Under the pieces are notes generated by a model. That model worked only from the letters and a program-made list of their open reading frames with translations. It made no database searches and was not told where the DNA came from. This document shows, piece after piece, positions 28,432 through 42,075 of a stretch of DNA of 64,000 bases. Both the position numbers and the translations under genes were made by a program. Source of the stretch: Eledone cirrhosa. Lineage: Eukaryota. Location: positions 57,598,001-57,662,000 of the forward strand of contig OZ024748.1 in the NCBI GenBank assembly GCA_964016885.1, written 5' to 3'. Position 1 is the stretch's first letter, and each line of letters begins with the position of its first letter.

Positions 28432-28615
28432 ATTGGCAGTATCGGTAGAGGGTCGGACGCCATGCTTTGACGCTCAGAGTTATGGTACTTTCCATTCTGA
28501 GTTCAAATCCCGCCAAGGTGAACTTTGCCTTTCATCCTTACGGGATCGATAAAATAAAGTACCAGTAATGTACTGGGCAATTGCAGGCCTTGTGCCAAAA
28601 GTAGAAACAATTATT
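28432..28615 (+). mobile_element. SINE family A
   Basis: Head, B-box GTTCAAATCCC, core and tail present. Confidence 0.92.
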
Positions 28616-29564
28616 TGAGTTATAATTGCTGAAGAGTGTGAACATTCCTGTTGGTTTGGGAATCTAACATTTATCCTGTTCTAACGGAAATTTACTCATC
28701 ATTAATAAGGTTTTAAGAATCGACATATTCCCCTGAGTCTCATATTAACAAGTTTGCTCTTGCCTCGAGAGCTCTTTTCCTCTCTTTGTCAAGCAAACAG
28801 GACGTAATGCAACGCAATTCTGTGGTGTTACTTATAAAATATTAAACGGAAATAGCAGGAGTGTGATTATAAGTATATTGAAATGCAATTTCCTTCATTC
28901 GGGAAACAAAACATACGACAAATCACTGTTTAGATTTTAATACAATATAGCACTAACGTTATAACAATGACTTAACAAAGAAAATATAACAAATATTTGT
29001 AATTGCATATTTCCTCTGGATATGTACTTGAAGCGAAATGCCGTAGGGTTGCAAATACACAATATTGACGTAATTATACTGTCGTTGCATTTTGTATGTC
29101 AGTATTTACGAATTGAAGTCTTGTGTACTTTTGTAAAAAGTTGAAGCTGATTTATTAGGGTCGATTCCCTGGAGCTCTGTGGTCATTGGTTAAAAGAATA
29201 AATCCGTTTACATAGAATAAAAAGCTCGATAAAAAAACAATGAGGCTGTTCAGTTTGATGGTGGTTGTTTTATCTCGACAGTAGCAGTAATGTTGTTGGC
29301 AGTTACTTGTCGCTAGCTGCAGGTCTGGTTTTAACTCTAGGTTAAATGTGACAACGAATATATCAAATTGAAGTTGAAAGATGATATATAATTCAGTGCA
29401 ACTGCTTTATAAGTTAAGTTCTGCTCTTCCTTTAATATAAACACCAACGTAGGGTATATAAATACCATTATTTAGGACAACCTCAATTATATACGGGGAG
29501 TATATGTCGCTATTGATATTTTCTAATAAAACGTGACTTACACAGTATTATTTTCATGTGTTCA

Positions 29565-29600
<36 letters not shown>

Positions 29601-29605
<5 letters not shown>

Positions 29606-29792
29606 AACGAGTAAGACCCCGACGGCTGAGCTCAAGCCGTTTCGACGGCTAATTCAGTCCAGAATTAGCCGTCGAAACGGCTTGAGCTCAGCCGTCGGGG
29701 TCCTACTCGTTCCTATTACCCACTCTACTACCTTAAGTATCGAGTACTTTGGTGCGTTATGGTCCACCTGGTTCCTTACCACATTTCCTTCG

Positions 29793-29794
<2 letters not shown>
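29601..29794 (+). mobile_element. Fold-back HHR element, family P (copy 2), in (TA)n
   Basis: 55-bp arms at 29601-29655 and 29662-29716 (1 mismatch); contains GAA-ACGGCT-tgagctc-AGCCGT-C-GGGGTC (HHR 3' half); 78-bp tail; (TA)n on both sides. Confidence 0.9.
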
Positions 29795-29840
<46 letters not shown>

Positions 29841-31659
29841 ATATATAGTGATGAAACGAAAATATTAATAACGACTAGAAAATTAAAATGATGTAGAGCG
29901 TAACGGAAACAAATCATTTTTTGTTAAACGAGGTTTGCAGAGAGAAAGAAAACAGATATCACATTTGTTATTCGTCTAACCGGTTTCGACTATGTATGAT
30001 TCTAAATATCCCATATGTGCTGATGTGCGTATGTTAACATCTATCGTTACGTGCTATGTACGTTATATCCATATCAAGGAATGTAACTACACTCGCTTAT
30101 ATTTTAAAAACAAGGGACGAAATTTCTTTGGATTATTTTGTCTGATGGACGCAATCATCGGATTCACTGAAGCGTGTTTACCGAAGTACGAGTTTAATAT
30201 CAGTTTGTTATAAAATACAATTCTTTATCAATACAGTAGATTTCCTCTATCCAACGGCTACATTATTACTATGGGTAAACATCAAAATTTGGATAATCTA
30301 ATAGATGCTGAAACCTCCGCACACAGTAGGTTTAATAAACCCAGGATCTTTAGTTACGGCTTGTCATTTTGCATTCATCACTATCCATTTTTTAGTGATT
30401 TTAAAAAACTTTCTTTTGCTTTTTACGATCGCATGATTCGTGATTTCTATTTTCTTTGTAGTCCCAGTAAGATTAGTTGGATGCCTCTACAGATAACGAT
30501 GTTCTTTGCTGGTAATATTTGAAATAAATGCTATAACCCATTCTTTCATTTTTGTTTGTTACTGTTTTCCCCAGTTCATGGGTTTTACTTAATATCTAGA
30601 AAGCTTTTCTAAAAACCTTATAAGTTCAAGTACAACAATATGTGAATTTAGATTTCCATTTCAGACTTCGTGGGTCAACGTTTTAAGTACCAGCTAAGTA
30701 CAGTGTGGTTTTTCCCTACGAATTTATTGACGTATGTCAAAGGCCAGAATTCAATACTTTAAATATTCATTGCTATTATATTTTCTATTTTTCATAGGAT
30801 TTCAGTTTCTATAAGTGATAACCTCTTCCATGATTGAAGTATTTAGTGTTCTCAAAGAAATGAAAACGTTTCAGAATATAGATGAGGTATACGTTTCTAA
30901 AGCTATATCTCAATGATATCATTGTCTTCCTTGGACAGTGTTTCATAATTAATCATAGTATCAATAAATTTAAATCTATTTGCTGAAGAAAGTTCTCGAA
31001 TAATTTCTTTTATATTGAATTAATGCGAATGGATTTATACGAATGTGAAGCAATTAAATCCGATTAGGTGACAGCTTTCGACGTCATCTAAGAGCAAATT
31101 AAGGGAATCTGTAAGGAAATTAACATTATGTTGTAGATATTTACGCATTTGTACAGATTAGTTTATTCTTAAGCACATGAGGATAAGTGCGGCAAATATA
31201 GCTCTGCACTCTGGGCCACGTTGTGTTATTTAGCTCTCATTTGCAAAGCCACGATATATCAACTACTTTATAGCTTAGTGACGTAATTCCACGCATAAGA
31301 GAGCTAATAACAATTCCTTCCTCAGTAAATATATGGGATAGCGAGCGGGTCAGAATTTATGGATATGTAGAGATTCGATATGCTTACAGAAAACAATCCA
31401 CTTAATTTTACTAGTGCATTAGTTTTATACTTTCGTAAAAGGATTAACAATGCCAATTCACAACATATAAAGCTACTTTATCTGTTACGCCTGAGATTCT
31501 TATATATATGTTTATCGATAAACATCTTAAGAAGTGACTGCGGTTAAAATGTTTAGTGAAAGTGTTCATTGTTGTCTCTCTCTAGATACCAGACGAGGAA
31601 ATAGAGAGAAAACCTGTGTGTTTAAAGTTCTATTATTGTTATTATTTTTGTTTTGTGAA

Positions 31660-31990
31660 GGCACGTGCCTTAGTGGTTAGTGCCTGGTCTTCACATACAT
31701 GAGGTTGTGAGTTCGATTGCAGAAATGTATGCTACACTGACCAAGACACCTTATTTCACGTTGTACAGCTGGGAACAATGAGTACCAACGTCACTAGTGC
31801 CAAGATGTGTCTATCATTGGCTTTTATATGGAACGATAAAGACTGATACTGCTTGGAGAAGGGAGACAGTAATGAATGAGCAACTGCTCGTCTTCCACAA
31901 ACATATTTTGCCCAGGATTGTGCATCGGAGGAGAACTTTCCAGGTGAAAATCCCATGATTTTTAACTTACAGCCTTGGCCAGAATGCATT
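31660..31990 (+). mobile_element. tRNA-derived SINE, family B (degenerate)
   Basis: GGCACGTGCCTTAGTGGTTAG...GAGTTCGATT...CAAGACACCTTATTTCACGTTG. Confidence 0.65.
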
Positions 31991-31999
31991 ATGGATTCA

Positions 32000-32592
32000 A
32001 TTTACGCCATCTTAAAGACTGAGCTTAAATTTTACTAACATAACTTTGTATGTCTTCAGCTCCGAGTCGACAAAATAAAGTAGGCAAATATTTTTATATC
32101 CGATTTTCATTTACACAAAATTGCTGGCCCTGTGCCTATAGTTAACATATTTATCATCATTATTATTATAAAGCGGTGGATTGGCAGTAACGGTAGAGAG
32201 TCGAACACCATGCTTTCCAGCATAGTTACGTCCCTTTACAGTCTGAGTTCAAATCCCGCCGAGGTTTACTTTGCCTTTCATGCTTACGGGGTCGATAAAA
32301 TAAAGTACCAGTAATACACTGGGTAATTGCTGGCCTTGTGCCTAAAGTAGAAACAATTATTATTATAAAGCGGTGGATTGGCAGTATCGGTAAAAGGTCG
32401 GACGCCATGCTTTGCAGCATAGAGTCAAGGCGCTTTAGGGTCTGATTTCAAATCCCTTCGAGGTTAACTTTGTCTTTCATCCTTACGGGGTCGATAAAAT
32501 AAAGTACCAGTCACGCACTGGGGTCGATATAATTGACTTTCCTCTTTCCCCAAATTGCTGGCCTTGTGCCTAAATCAGAAACTATTATTATT
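32000..32592 (+). mobile_element. Tandem SINE family A cluster: a degenerate copy (about 32000-32165) plus two near-intact copies (32170-32366 and 32367-32592)
   Basis: Each new copy starts in the (ATT)n tail of the previous one. Confidence 0.9.
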
Positions 32593-34063
32593 TAATTCAT
32601 CGTCACTGAAAACAGGTTTCTTGGGGTCACTTGTACCGTATTCTTGACGTTAATATGTTACATTACGACGTAATATTCCTAACACAATCATTAGTCTACG
32701 TGCGTATTAAGAATATATTTTCTGTTTACTTTACAGCAGGAATATGTAAGGAATAATTGAGATATGTCAAGCGACATTTTGAAAAGATATTTCCTGATTT
32801 GTAATGACATTTTTACGTGAAGTGATCTACAGTACTTATGTTCATTATTTTTAGAGTTTCGATAGATGATTGGCATAAACAATGAGTACCAGTCGAAATA
32901 CTTTGTCATTTATTTCCATTAAGTACGCAGTTCACCTCATGCTGAGGTCAACATTGCTTTGCGAATGGTATATAGTTGAGGCTAATTCAATCAATTATAT
33001 TCGTTCTCTAGAAATTTATCTCAAGAGCTCTATAATTCCAATGAAGTCATCACATACGTTTTATGAGATAAGAGATTTACCTATCTTTACTTCCGAATAA
33101 ACTACCTTAGTTCTAGTAGCGAAGCTTCTGATATAATTACGTGTCACTAGCAAAGAAAATGTTTTTTCTAGTTTTCTTAACACAAATGTAATTTGATGCA
33201 ATATTAGATTGCTGACGCAACAATTTCATGGGTTTTCTCGGTAACCATTTAGAAAATATTTGAGCCTTAAATGTAAGCATATTGGAAGTTCTTACGTCAC
33301 AAGAAAATCGACAGCATTGCGAATTGAAGCAAATCCTTCAGTGAAATGAAAAACATACATCAAAGGTTTACAATAACATTGAGCAAGCAGATTTCTTCAA
33401 TTCTCAAACAAAGAACTGTATTAGAAATATTGCTGCATACATTTTACCACGCAAAAGAAAAAAACCTATGCACCTTATTGAGTAATGCTTGTTGACACAC
33501 ATGGTAACATTATTTACCTGCTAGGTATTTTACATGTATTACGGCACAAATGTCCTAGTTCAAGACGATGTAAACCCTTAGGAAGTGTTCTTCAGTCCGT
33601 TGACTGGTTTTTCTTGCCGATTCCATATAGAATAGTGATGAAGCGAAAGGAGAGTTCGCTCTCCTCGTTCCCTTCAATATACCTGATTCAAAGAGGGAGA
33701 TAGAGAAGGAGATAGTGGCAGTTTCTTTATAAAAGAAGGTCATGTCAATTCACCACTATTCTCTATGTTCTAATGTGGACAAACGTTAAATATATGAATG
33801 TTTAAAACGTTCTGTTTTCTGAACTCCAAATCCCCAGTCGAGTATATTGAAATCCTCTAATGGCTTTCAAATTCCACTTGGTAACCCTTCCACATTTATG
33901 TGAATAATTTTACTGAATTACCTAATTAATTATTCTATTTTTGTTACAAGGCCACTAATTTCAAAGGAAGGGGGAACACATGCCAAATTGACTCCATAAT
34001 TAATGTGATGTCTGAAACATTTACTTAGTTAAACCTGAGTAAGATAAAATAGAATATTCAGTA

Positions 34064-34294
34064 GTCTTCTTCTTTGCATACTTATTCATGAGAGGGTCGT
34101 GGAGGCAGAGTCATCAAACAACTGATCGGACTGGATCCCAGCGAGACCAGCCAAGCGCATGGGTGTTATCCAACCATCTTTCTCGGAGTCTGCCTCTGGG
34201 TCTCCTGCTCGTTGATTTTTCCCGTAACATATGTGCAGCGATTCTTTCCGGAAACATTCTAACCTGTGGTATTTACATAGGTCGTTGATATTCA
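34064..34294 (-). mobile_element. RTE-clade LINE 3' fragment
   Basis: Minus strand: VRMFPERIAAHMLREKSTSRRPRGRLRERWLDNTHALGWSR (RTE C-terminal RPRGRP..RW.D motif); ends in a GAAGAAGA tail. Confidence 0.75.
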
Positions 34295-36519
34295 GTTTGG
34301 AACTATGCGGTGTTTAATATTTTTAGAGTGGATAGAATATATACGACCAGTTACTTAATAGTGCTCATTTAATCGAACATGTCCTAACTTTGTACTTGAT
34401 TTTTTCTTTCATATGACAAAATTATAGAGATTTTCTGAATCCATACTGCCGTCAAATCTCTTCAAAAATAATTGTGTAGTCTATAAAATAATTATCAACA
34501 AATCTCTACTTTCAATTGAATGTTTAAAATGTGAATCGCTGTGCAAATATTGCGAACATTTACAGATATTTATTTCCTTTGTTACGTACATACAAATGAA
34601 GTCTGCTAATCTATTCCTGGCCTTAAATTAAAAAGCTATGAATCTCGTCGTGTTGCATGCAAACCCTCTACATGGTTGCGAATGAAAAGTGTGAATCACC
34701 AAAACCAATTAAACCATCTTTATTATATATGCCAAACCAACACGCTTAAACGGTTGACGTGGTCATTTTGTTTGTCATTTTCATACAACATTAATTCAAA
34801 ACAAACATTAAAAGAGAGAACGTTTTGTGTTAGAAATAATGAATGACTTATGTTGACGTTTTCTTTTCAAAGAAAATGTCGTTAGTTGTTAGCAATCCTA
34901 TCATCATAAAAATATCATAAATCACAACGTATATTTAACAAAATCTAATAGCAGAATAATAACATAACATACACTTATACCGTTTCAGTAATTTTCAAGC
35001 TTACCAAACTATATTTGTTTATCTCTATAAACATAAAAAGAAAAATAGAGACTCCCAACAAAACATAACTGAAAACCTATTTATGTTTCACGCATTAATC
35101 AATAACTTTTAAGCACGTTTTATGGAAATCTTTAAGATAATAGAAAAAAAAAACGTTTTCATAATAACTTTTTGAACTTTGGACTCTTCATCTCAGGCCC
35201 ACAAAAAAGCTAACAAAATATATGAAAAGTCAAAGAAAAGCAATTATACTTTCCTTCATTAATTTTATACAAAATGGAAAATATTAGGCTTAGAAATTAT
35301 ATTTCATACTTTTTTCTTTTCATATTTGTTTTAAAGAATATGTAATCGTCTGCAAAATATACCCACTATGCTCACTAATTTTACTAAATAGTTAACCCCT
35401 ACCCCGAAATATAATTTTAATTATTAATCTGTCTGCAAGCTATTCTTCATATTTTCTTTGAAATGTTTGATGATTTAATTTAAAGTTTAATACAGACCTT
35501 GTATATTTATGAGGAATTTTATTGGTCCAGTGATCCGTAAAGCGTGATTAAATTTATAATTACTGCACGCCATATATGTTTACGCCACTGTAAATTAAAA
35601 TATTGAAACCAATTGCAGTGCTGAAACTTAGAAGTGTTGAGAGAAACGAAACAGTACTTCAAAAATAAATACCACAAAGAAGGTAAATACACTGAGCTGT
35701 TCATTGACATGATAGTAATTCCTTTATAATCACCGACATGGATATAACCTAATTAAATTGATATATATAGTATATTTCCCTCTGAAATCTACAAAAGTAC
35801 CGTATACTTGTGAATGTTAAAGTCTTAAATGATAAGCAAATACGTTTAATTTATTTTGATAGTGAGGTGGGCTAAGATATCAGTATACTTCTTAAGAGTT
35901 ATTGAGACATAGGAGAGAGAGAAGTCGTAGTTTAGTTGTAACATCAAATCATTTTCATTAATTAATCTCCGCAGGTTTTCTATTCAAATCTCTCATCTCT
36001 TTAAATTATGAATGTCTTCAGTAAATAAAAATGTAATTACATCTCTTTATACTCTGACTTCAAATCCTGATCTATGGTAATTGTCCATTACCTAATCCGA
36101 ATGCACCACATGCAGTCATCTTCTAAGAATTATGTACTTATTAATTGTTGTAGATGAACGTTTGATTTAAATCGCAGCAAAGTATTTTATTTATAATAGT
36201 ATGACAAACAAAGTATATCTCATTGATAATATACGACTTGAATTTCTATCTTTTAATCGTTTCGGCAAATATTTCCAAGAATAGTAAAGGTATTGATTGA
36301 ATCATATTAATTTATTTTTCTCTTTCTCTTTAGTTATTTCTCCGCCCTTCTTTTTACTTTACAATCTCTTCAATATGTTATTACTGTTGTCAGATCTCAA
36401 TCGATTCGATGCGTAATCTAGCTGTTTGATAAGTAGTACAACCTATACATGAAATTAAAGTACACGCGAAGATTCAGCGTAACAAGCCACGTGAATGTCT
36501 GTTACAACTCATTTTGCTA

Positions 36520-36630
36520 ACGGAGTTGACTACAGCAACGTAAAATATGTCTTGTTCAATGACACTACACGCGTGGGCTAATTGAACTGAAGACCTTGTG
36601 GTCATAAGGTGAACAACCCTAACCACTTGT
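36520..36630 (-). mobile_element. SINE family B fragment
   Basis: Minus strand AGTGGTTAGGG...TTCAGTTCAATT...GTGTAGTGTCATTGAACAAGACATATTTTACGTTGCT. Confidence 0.5.
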
Positions 36631-37439
36631 ATGTATGTCTGAACCCCTAGCTCCGAGCTATAGGGGAGATATATTGATATATGATATTTCTAGGATATTC
36701 CTTTTAACCTGGTGGAGCCCATCTCCTCAGGTTTGAATATAGAATAATTCTTCCAGAGAAAGATTGAGAGCAAGCGAATGAATGTGAGAAAGAGTTACTA
36801 CAATGGTTCTTTTTTATCGACCTCGAATCGACGAAAGTACCAGTTAAGTAGTGTAGTCGATATTATCGATTCGCTCTTTTCCCCAAATTACTAACCTTTT
36901 ATTAAGTCAATGTTATAAATAATTATCCATTATTGAAATTATTTCAATAAGGAATAGTCTTGTGTGATTGTTAGCTTTTGAATAATATCTTGTTACTCTC
37001 TAAGAGATAAGCCACTTTTGAGATTATCAAAATGTTCGTCGGTGTCAAATATTCTGATGGAAATATCGCTAAAATCTAATGCTAAAATTGTGTTTTCCGT
37101 TTACCTTGATTGTAAGGCGGGAATATAGAGTAAATCATTTTCAGCACTCTGAATACCAATGCCAAGTTCGGCATCACCATCAATATAATGATCCAAACGA
37201 CGAAATGTTGCTTTCTACACAGCAGCAACATCAATATCAAACCGCAATCTATACGTTCAGAAAAGAAAGAAATTCAGATTAATCATGTCTTTAGTGAAAT
37301 GTACTTTGAATAATAAGCTATCGTCGTGGCCGATTTACCTTTGATCATAAATATCCTCGATACAATTTAACCTATGTCTAAATAACAACCAGTTTCAATA
37401 AACACCATCAGTATCACTGACCTTGTCCAGTAATATTTC

Positions 37440-37476
<37 letters not shown>

Positions 37477-38440
37477 GCGAAAAGGCTTTGATTATTTTAA
37501 ACCAACTGAACATTCAGGATTAAAAAAACGCCTTCAAAACGAAATAAACAGAAACATTTCTATTGATGTAGTTTGTATACTTTAAAACCTAAAGTAAGAA
37601 CCGACGTTATAATCTAAATATAATTCTTGTAATTCGGTTTTCAGAAGTTATTTTAATCTACACAACACTCTTGATGGCTTTCAAAACATGAATAAAAAAT
37701 GAGATTTTATGAATAAAGACATAGAATAACTTTGAAAGTATGTTAGCTTATATTAAAACGATTTTTTCTTTACGTAGCTTATTGTTTTCATCCCTTTTTT
37801 AATATCCGGAATGTATTAAATAAAAATTCTGAGATATTCACTGATTCTTAGAGGGCGGAAGTAAAAGAAACTGAGTTTTATTGAACGACTTATACATACA
37901 TATATATAGCTTTTTAAAAAGATCAAAGAAAAAATAAATTGCAAAAAAAAACACCGCAAAGAAATCAATAGTTGATGTGCTAAGCAAACATTTGGGAGTT
38001 GATATATTTTGGAAATATTGTACACACGAGATGAAATTTGCATCGACATCAGCAGTTACTAATATTTATTTTCTATTAAAAGTCAGTAAATTTTTAATAG
38101 GTAAGTTGTAACATAAATGAATCAATGCCAGATATTTGATGGGGTATTTATATTTATTGTAAATAATTCTCATTTATATGCTAAAGTAAATTGTTGCATG
38201 CCTGGTAAGCGTTTTCATTTAATGAATAGCTTAGGATGATGTTCAAATGCTATGATGGTTAGATATTGTAACAGGCAAAAAAAGTAGAATTTTGATGGAC
38301 AATTTAAACGAAATGTTAGAATGAACCTTTCCCTATTCAGCATGTCTTACACTAATATGCACAATAATGAAACATCGCCACTGTAAACTGTGAAATGAAT
38401 GAAGAAACTACAAATGATTATGCTGGCAACAGGATGTATA

Positions 38441-38560
38441 TTGGACATCTGTCGGTTCGGACGACAATGTTTGGACCTCCGTCGGATCGGACGACGAGTG
38501 TTTGAATCTCTGTCGTTTCAGACTACGAGTGTTTAGGCCTCCGTCGTTTGGGACTAAGAA
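38441..38560. repeat. Diverged 30-31-bp GC-rich minisatellite, 4 units
   Basis: TTGGACCTCCGTCGGATCGGACGACGAGTGT-like units at 38441, 38471, 38502 and 38533. Confidence 0.85.
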
Positions 38561-38778
38561 TTATTGGCGTTGAAACAATGGAATAGTATGTACAATCAAA
38601 ACAAAGACTGGAAAATAAATAAAAGAAATAACGACCAGAGAACACTTCGTCAATTCCAAGTCGTTCAGTTATCATTTTCGAACATTTTATAAATATGTTA
38701 TATATCTGCTATACAGCCAAAGAGTCACACACACACATGCTCATACGCGCACACATATACTCACACGTGTACATACAT

Positions 38779-38817
<39 letters not shown>

Positions 38818-38820
38818 GAC

Positions 38821-38910
38821 GCACGTACACATATCTATGTTTATTATGTATAGTTACGCAGGTAGTTCACTATGAAAAATATTACTGTATTGAATTGCGT
38901 ACTTCCTGTA
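38821..38910 (+). repeat. 90-bp dispersed duplicate (copy 1; copy 2 at 48202-48291)
   Basis: 85/90 identical, ungapped, same orientation. Confidence 0.9.
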
Positions 38911-39294
38911 TATATATATATATATATATATAAAATCAGTAACCACATGATTTCTATATACCCCAGCTAAGCTCCCTATAAATAAGTCAAGATAAAGATG
39001 TTGTATATGAACCTTCAAGTCAATAAAAGAAAAGTAAAGTAGGCAGAGGATACACAATAACTAGACACAAATGAAAAAGTCCAATGTTGATAAATGTCGT
39101 ATTTATAGAGATCTTAGCTTTATTTCAAAATACAGAAGAAAGATTTAAATTGAAATAATAAATAAAAAATGACGTCTAAAAATTGAATAGTAAAATCTCT
39201 AATGATTACGATATCGTATTGGATGTTATTCCTAGTAAACAATTTTGGATATATAAAATTTGCGGCCTTGATATTTGCGAAAATATTTCTATAT

Positions 39295-39520
39295 GATGGC
39301 CAGTAACGTTAGTAGGTTATGCCTGGAAAGAAGGTTGGCTGGTGAAAGAAGCAGAGGCCGGCAGCCAAAACGATGGCTTGATAATGTCAACTTATGGACT
39401 GGACTTGATCGTTGCTCTTTAAACTATGCTGCTGGTGATCGAACTTTGTGGAGAAGAATATCTCATGCTTATGCCCAGTCTGCAACTGGCAGAGTTTGGC
39501 GTCACAAGAAGAACGTTAAG
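39295..39520 (+). mobile_element. RTE-clade LINE 3' fragment
   Basis: RLCLERRLAGERSRGRQPKRWLDNVNLWTGLD....AAGDRTLWRRI matches the RTE C-terminal G.R.RGR...RW.D...DR..WR motif. Confidence 0.8.
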
Positions 39521-39750
39521 ATCTTTAAACCCCCACCATAACCCGACTTCGTATGATCGCAAAACTATAAACATAAATATAAAATATAATATATCATATA
39601 CACCTCATTTTGTATAACAGCAACATCATAGTCGAATTACGCGACCTACGATTTCTATCAAGACATCACCTCACTTTTATATTCACTACAATAATACTTC
39701 TGAAAAATTAGCTTTCTGAACAACTGTGTGTATATATATATATATATATA

Positions 39751-40023
39751 ATATATAAGATCAAAAGATGGTTAAATGAGTTCCATGTATTTTATTATGC
39801 GCATTTCAAAAACAAATATCATCATGCAATAACATTTGTGTTTTCATCAGATAAAATAGGAGGACATGATATGAAGGTTAAAAAAAAAATTGTGGATAGT
39901 GCAGTTTTAAATCAACATATCTTTTGATCTTATATATTTTGTATACTCCAGTCCTACAAACTGTAGAGTGCTTCTTATCCGATATCTGCATTACTTTATT
40001 GTACTACAATAAAACTCACATCC

Positions 40024-40026
<3 letters not shown>
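39751..40026 (+). mobile_element. Fold-back PLE-like element, family R (long copy), in (TA)n
   Basis: 19-bp perfect inverted arms at 39751-39769 and 39919-39937; the inverted part carries an intact HHR; tail shared with the 24654 copy. Confidence 0.85.
39788..39858 (-). ncRNA. Minimal type I hammerhead ribozyme
   Basis: UAUUUUAU-CUGAUGA-AAAcACAAAUGUUAUugcaugAUGAUAUUUGUuUUU-GAA-AUgcgcAU-A-AUAAAAUA; 8-bp stem I, palindromic GCGC loop III. Confidence 0.88.
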
Positions 40027-40074
<48 letters not shown>

Positions 40075-40909
40075 ACATCCAAAACCATTCATATATTCAG
40101 TAGGTATGTATGCACACACATACATATATAATTTCAGGTCTTCTTTAATATTTGATTGTGTTTTACATCAGTACAACCACTTGTAGAACATAATGCCAAG
40201 TAATCTGATCAAGAGGTTTAACGGAACATTTGTTAATTTAATTTAATGATAAATGAAAATTGTAAAGACATATCTGCTGAGCTGGTATTAACTTATTTAC
40301 ATAATGCTAAATGTCAGACTTTGATGCATACAATGATTTTATCTTAGTGTTTCATATGTAATAATATATCCGGAGTTGTGATATGTAGGTAACGGTTATA
40401 TTTCCTGTATGATATTGTTTCTTGAAATGTGTTCAAACGTAATGTTGTTTACAACATTTTCAGTTTTCTTATATCTTCACCATATGTCAATTTTATTTTT
40501 CTGAATGCTTATAATTCTTCTCATTTTATTCTATTATGAATCCGATCTTTTATTAGTTTAAGAAAACATTATTTAATTAATTTGCTTTTTAAATTCTTCA
40601 AACAAAGCAATATATTTGCGCATATATTGTTGAAAATAACATCATATATTCAAACTATTTAAACATATAGATCACCAACGTAGTTTTACATTTTCGGATA
40701 ATATAATTTCATGAGCATAATATTATTACAAAAGGTTTCCGAATGTGTGGATCTTTCATCGACATTCCAAAAACATATCAAAGAATTGGGGTGGTATTTT
40801 GTTTTGTGCGTATATTTTATTGTTTTGTCATGTAAATGTACATCATAAACATTAGCAAATACTAGTAATGTCGAGGATTCCCAATACTTGCAAAAATGTA
40901 ACGTTTTAT

Positions 40910-40974
<65 letters not shown>

Positions 40975-41055
40975 AAAGTAAAAGAATGACTTCACTTGTA
41001 GTTTTAAACAATTTGATTTAATTTTATAATATCAAGATTTTATATATATATATAT

Positions 41056-41335
41056 CTAAGGCGGGTAAAGATCCCGAGATCCATGGACGAGTTCTCTCCA
41101 GCGGTCTCTGTCCCTCATTATCACTGCCATGTTCTGCGTCTCCAGGGCATCAACATATGTTAACCTTGATCTTCCTCTTCCAGTGTGTCGATGCAGAGGT
41201 TCCCAGAGGAGCACTGAGTGCTGTGTCAACTCTGGATGTCGGTGAGCATGTCCAGCTAACCTCAATCTCGTCTGTGTCACTTTTGAGCTGACTTTTGGGA
41301 GGCTCCCATACAGCTTTGAGCTTTTCATCCTCAGT
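41056..41335 (-). mobile_element. RTE-clade LINE 3' fragment (copy 1 of an inverted pair)
   Basis: KLYGSLPKVSSKVTQTRLRLAGHAHRHPEL...LLWEPLHRHTGRGRSRLTYVD...MRDRDRWRELV, a typical RTE ORF C-terminus. Confidence 0.88.
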
Positions 41336-41577
41336 ATATATATAGTGTGTGTGTGTGTGTATCAAAGTGACTGTTTGAGTTACACAGCGAGTTTATTCAA
41401 ACTAGTTTCCCAATATATGAAGCATTAAACTAATATATTTCTTCATTGTACTGTCGATTGCTTTGTTGTCTATGTTTATCTTATGCACACACACACGCAC
41501 ACACACACACACACATACACACCCATACACACAAACATACACACATACACACACGCACACACACTATATATATATAT

Positions 41578-41854
41578 ACTAAGGATGAAAAACTCAAAGC
41601 TGTACGGGAGCCTCTCAAAAGTGACACAGAGGAGACTGAGGTTAGCTGGACATGCTCACCGAAATCCAGAGTTGACACAACACTCAGTGCTGGGCACACT
41701 GCATGGACACACTGGAAGAGGAAGACCAAGGTTAACATATGTTGATTCCCTAAGGACAGACACTGGTCTGTTGGAGACGCAGAACATGGCAGTGATAATG
41801 AGGGACATAGAGTGCTGGAGAGAACTCGTCCATGGATCTCAGGAATTTTACCCG

Positions 41855-41857
<3 letters not shown>
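41578..41857 (+). mobile_element. RTE-clade LINE 3' fragment (copy 2 of an inverted pair)
   Basis: KLYGSLSKVTQRRLRLAGHAHRNPEL...GRGRPRLTYVDSLRTDTGL...MRDIECWRELV. Confidence 0.88.
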
Positions 41858-41906
<49 letters not shown>

Positions 41907-41908
<2 letters not shown>

Positions 41909-42040
41909 CGAAGGAAATGTCGTAAGGAACCAGGTGGACCATAACGCACCAAAGTACTCAATACTTAAGGTAGTAGAGTGGGTAATAGGAACGAGTAGGA
42001 CCCCGACGGCTGAGCTCAAGCCGTCGGGGTCCTACTCGTT

Positions 42041-42045
<5 letters not shown>
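41907..42045 (-). mobile_element. Fold-back HHR element, family P (copy 3)
   Basis: Perfect 27-bp arms at 41985-42011 and 42019-42045, centred on the stem III loop; (TA)n on both sides. Confidence 0.9.

Positions 42046-42073
<28 letters not shown>

Positions 42074-42075
<2 letters not shown>

Noticed and set aside
29601-29794. Family P as a MITE, pre-miRNA or terminator
   Set aside because: The palindrome is off-centre with a unique tail, arm length and centre vary between copies, and it contains an HHR half; this fits a retroelement inversion better.
30781-30895. Candidate exon (polypyrimidine-TAG acceptor ... GAG/GTATAC donor)
   Set aside because: Stops in all three frames before a short ATG run, weak donor, and no partner exons identifiable.
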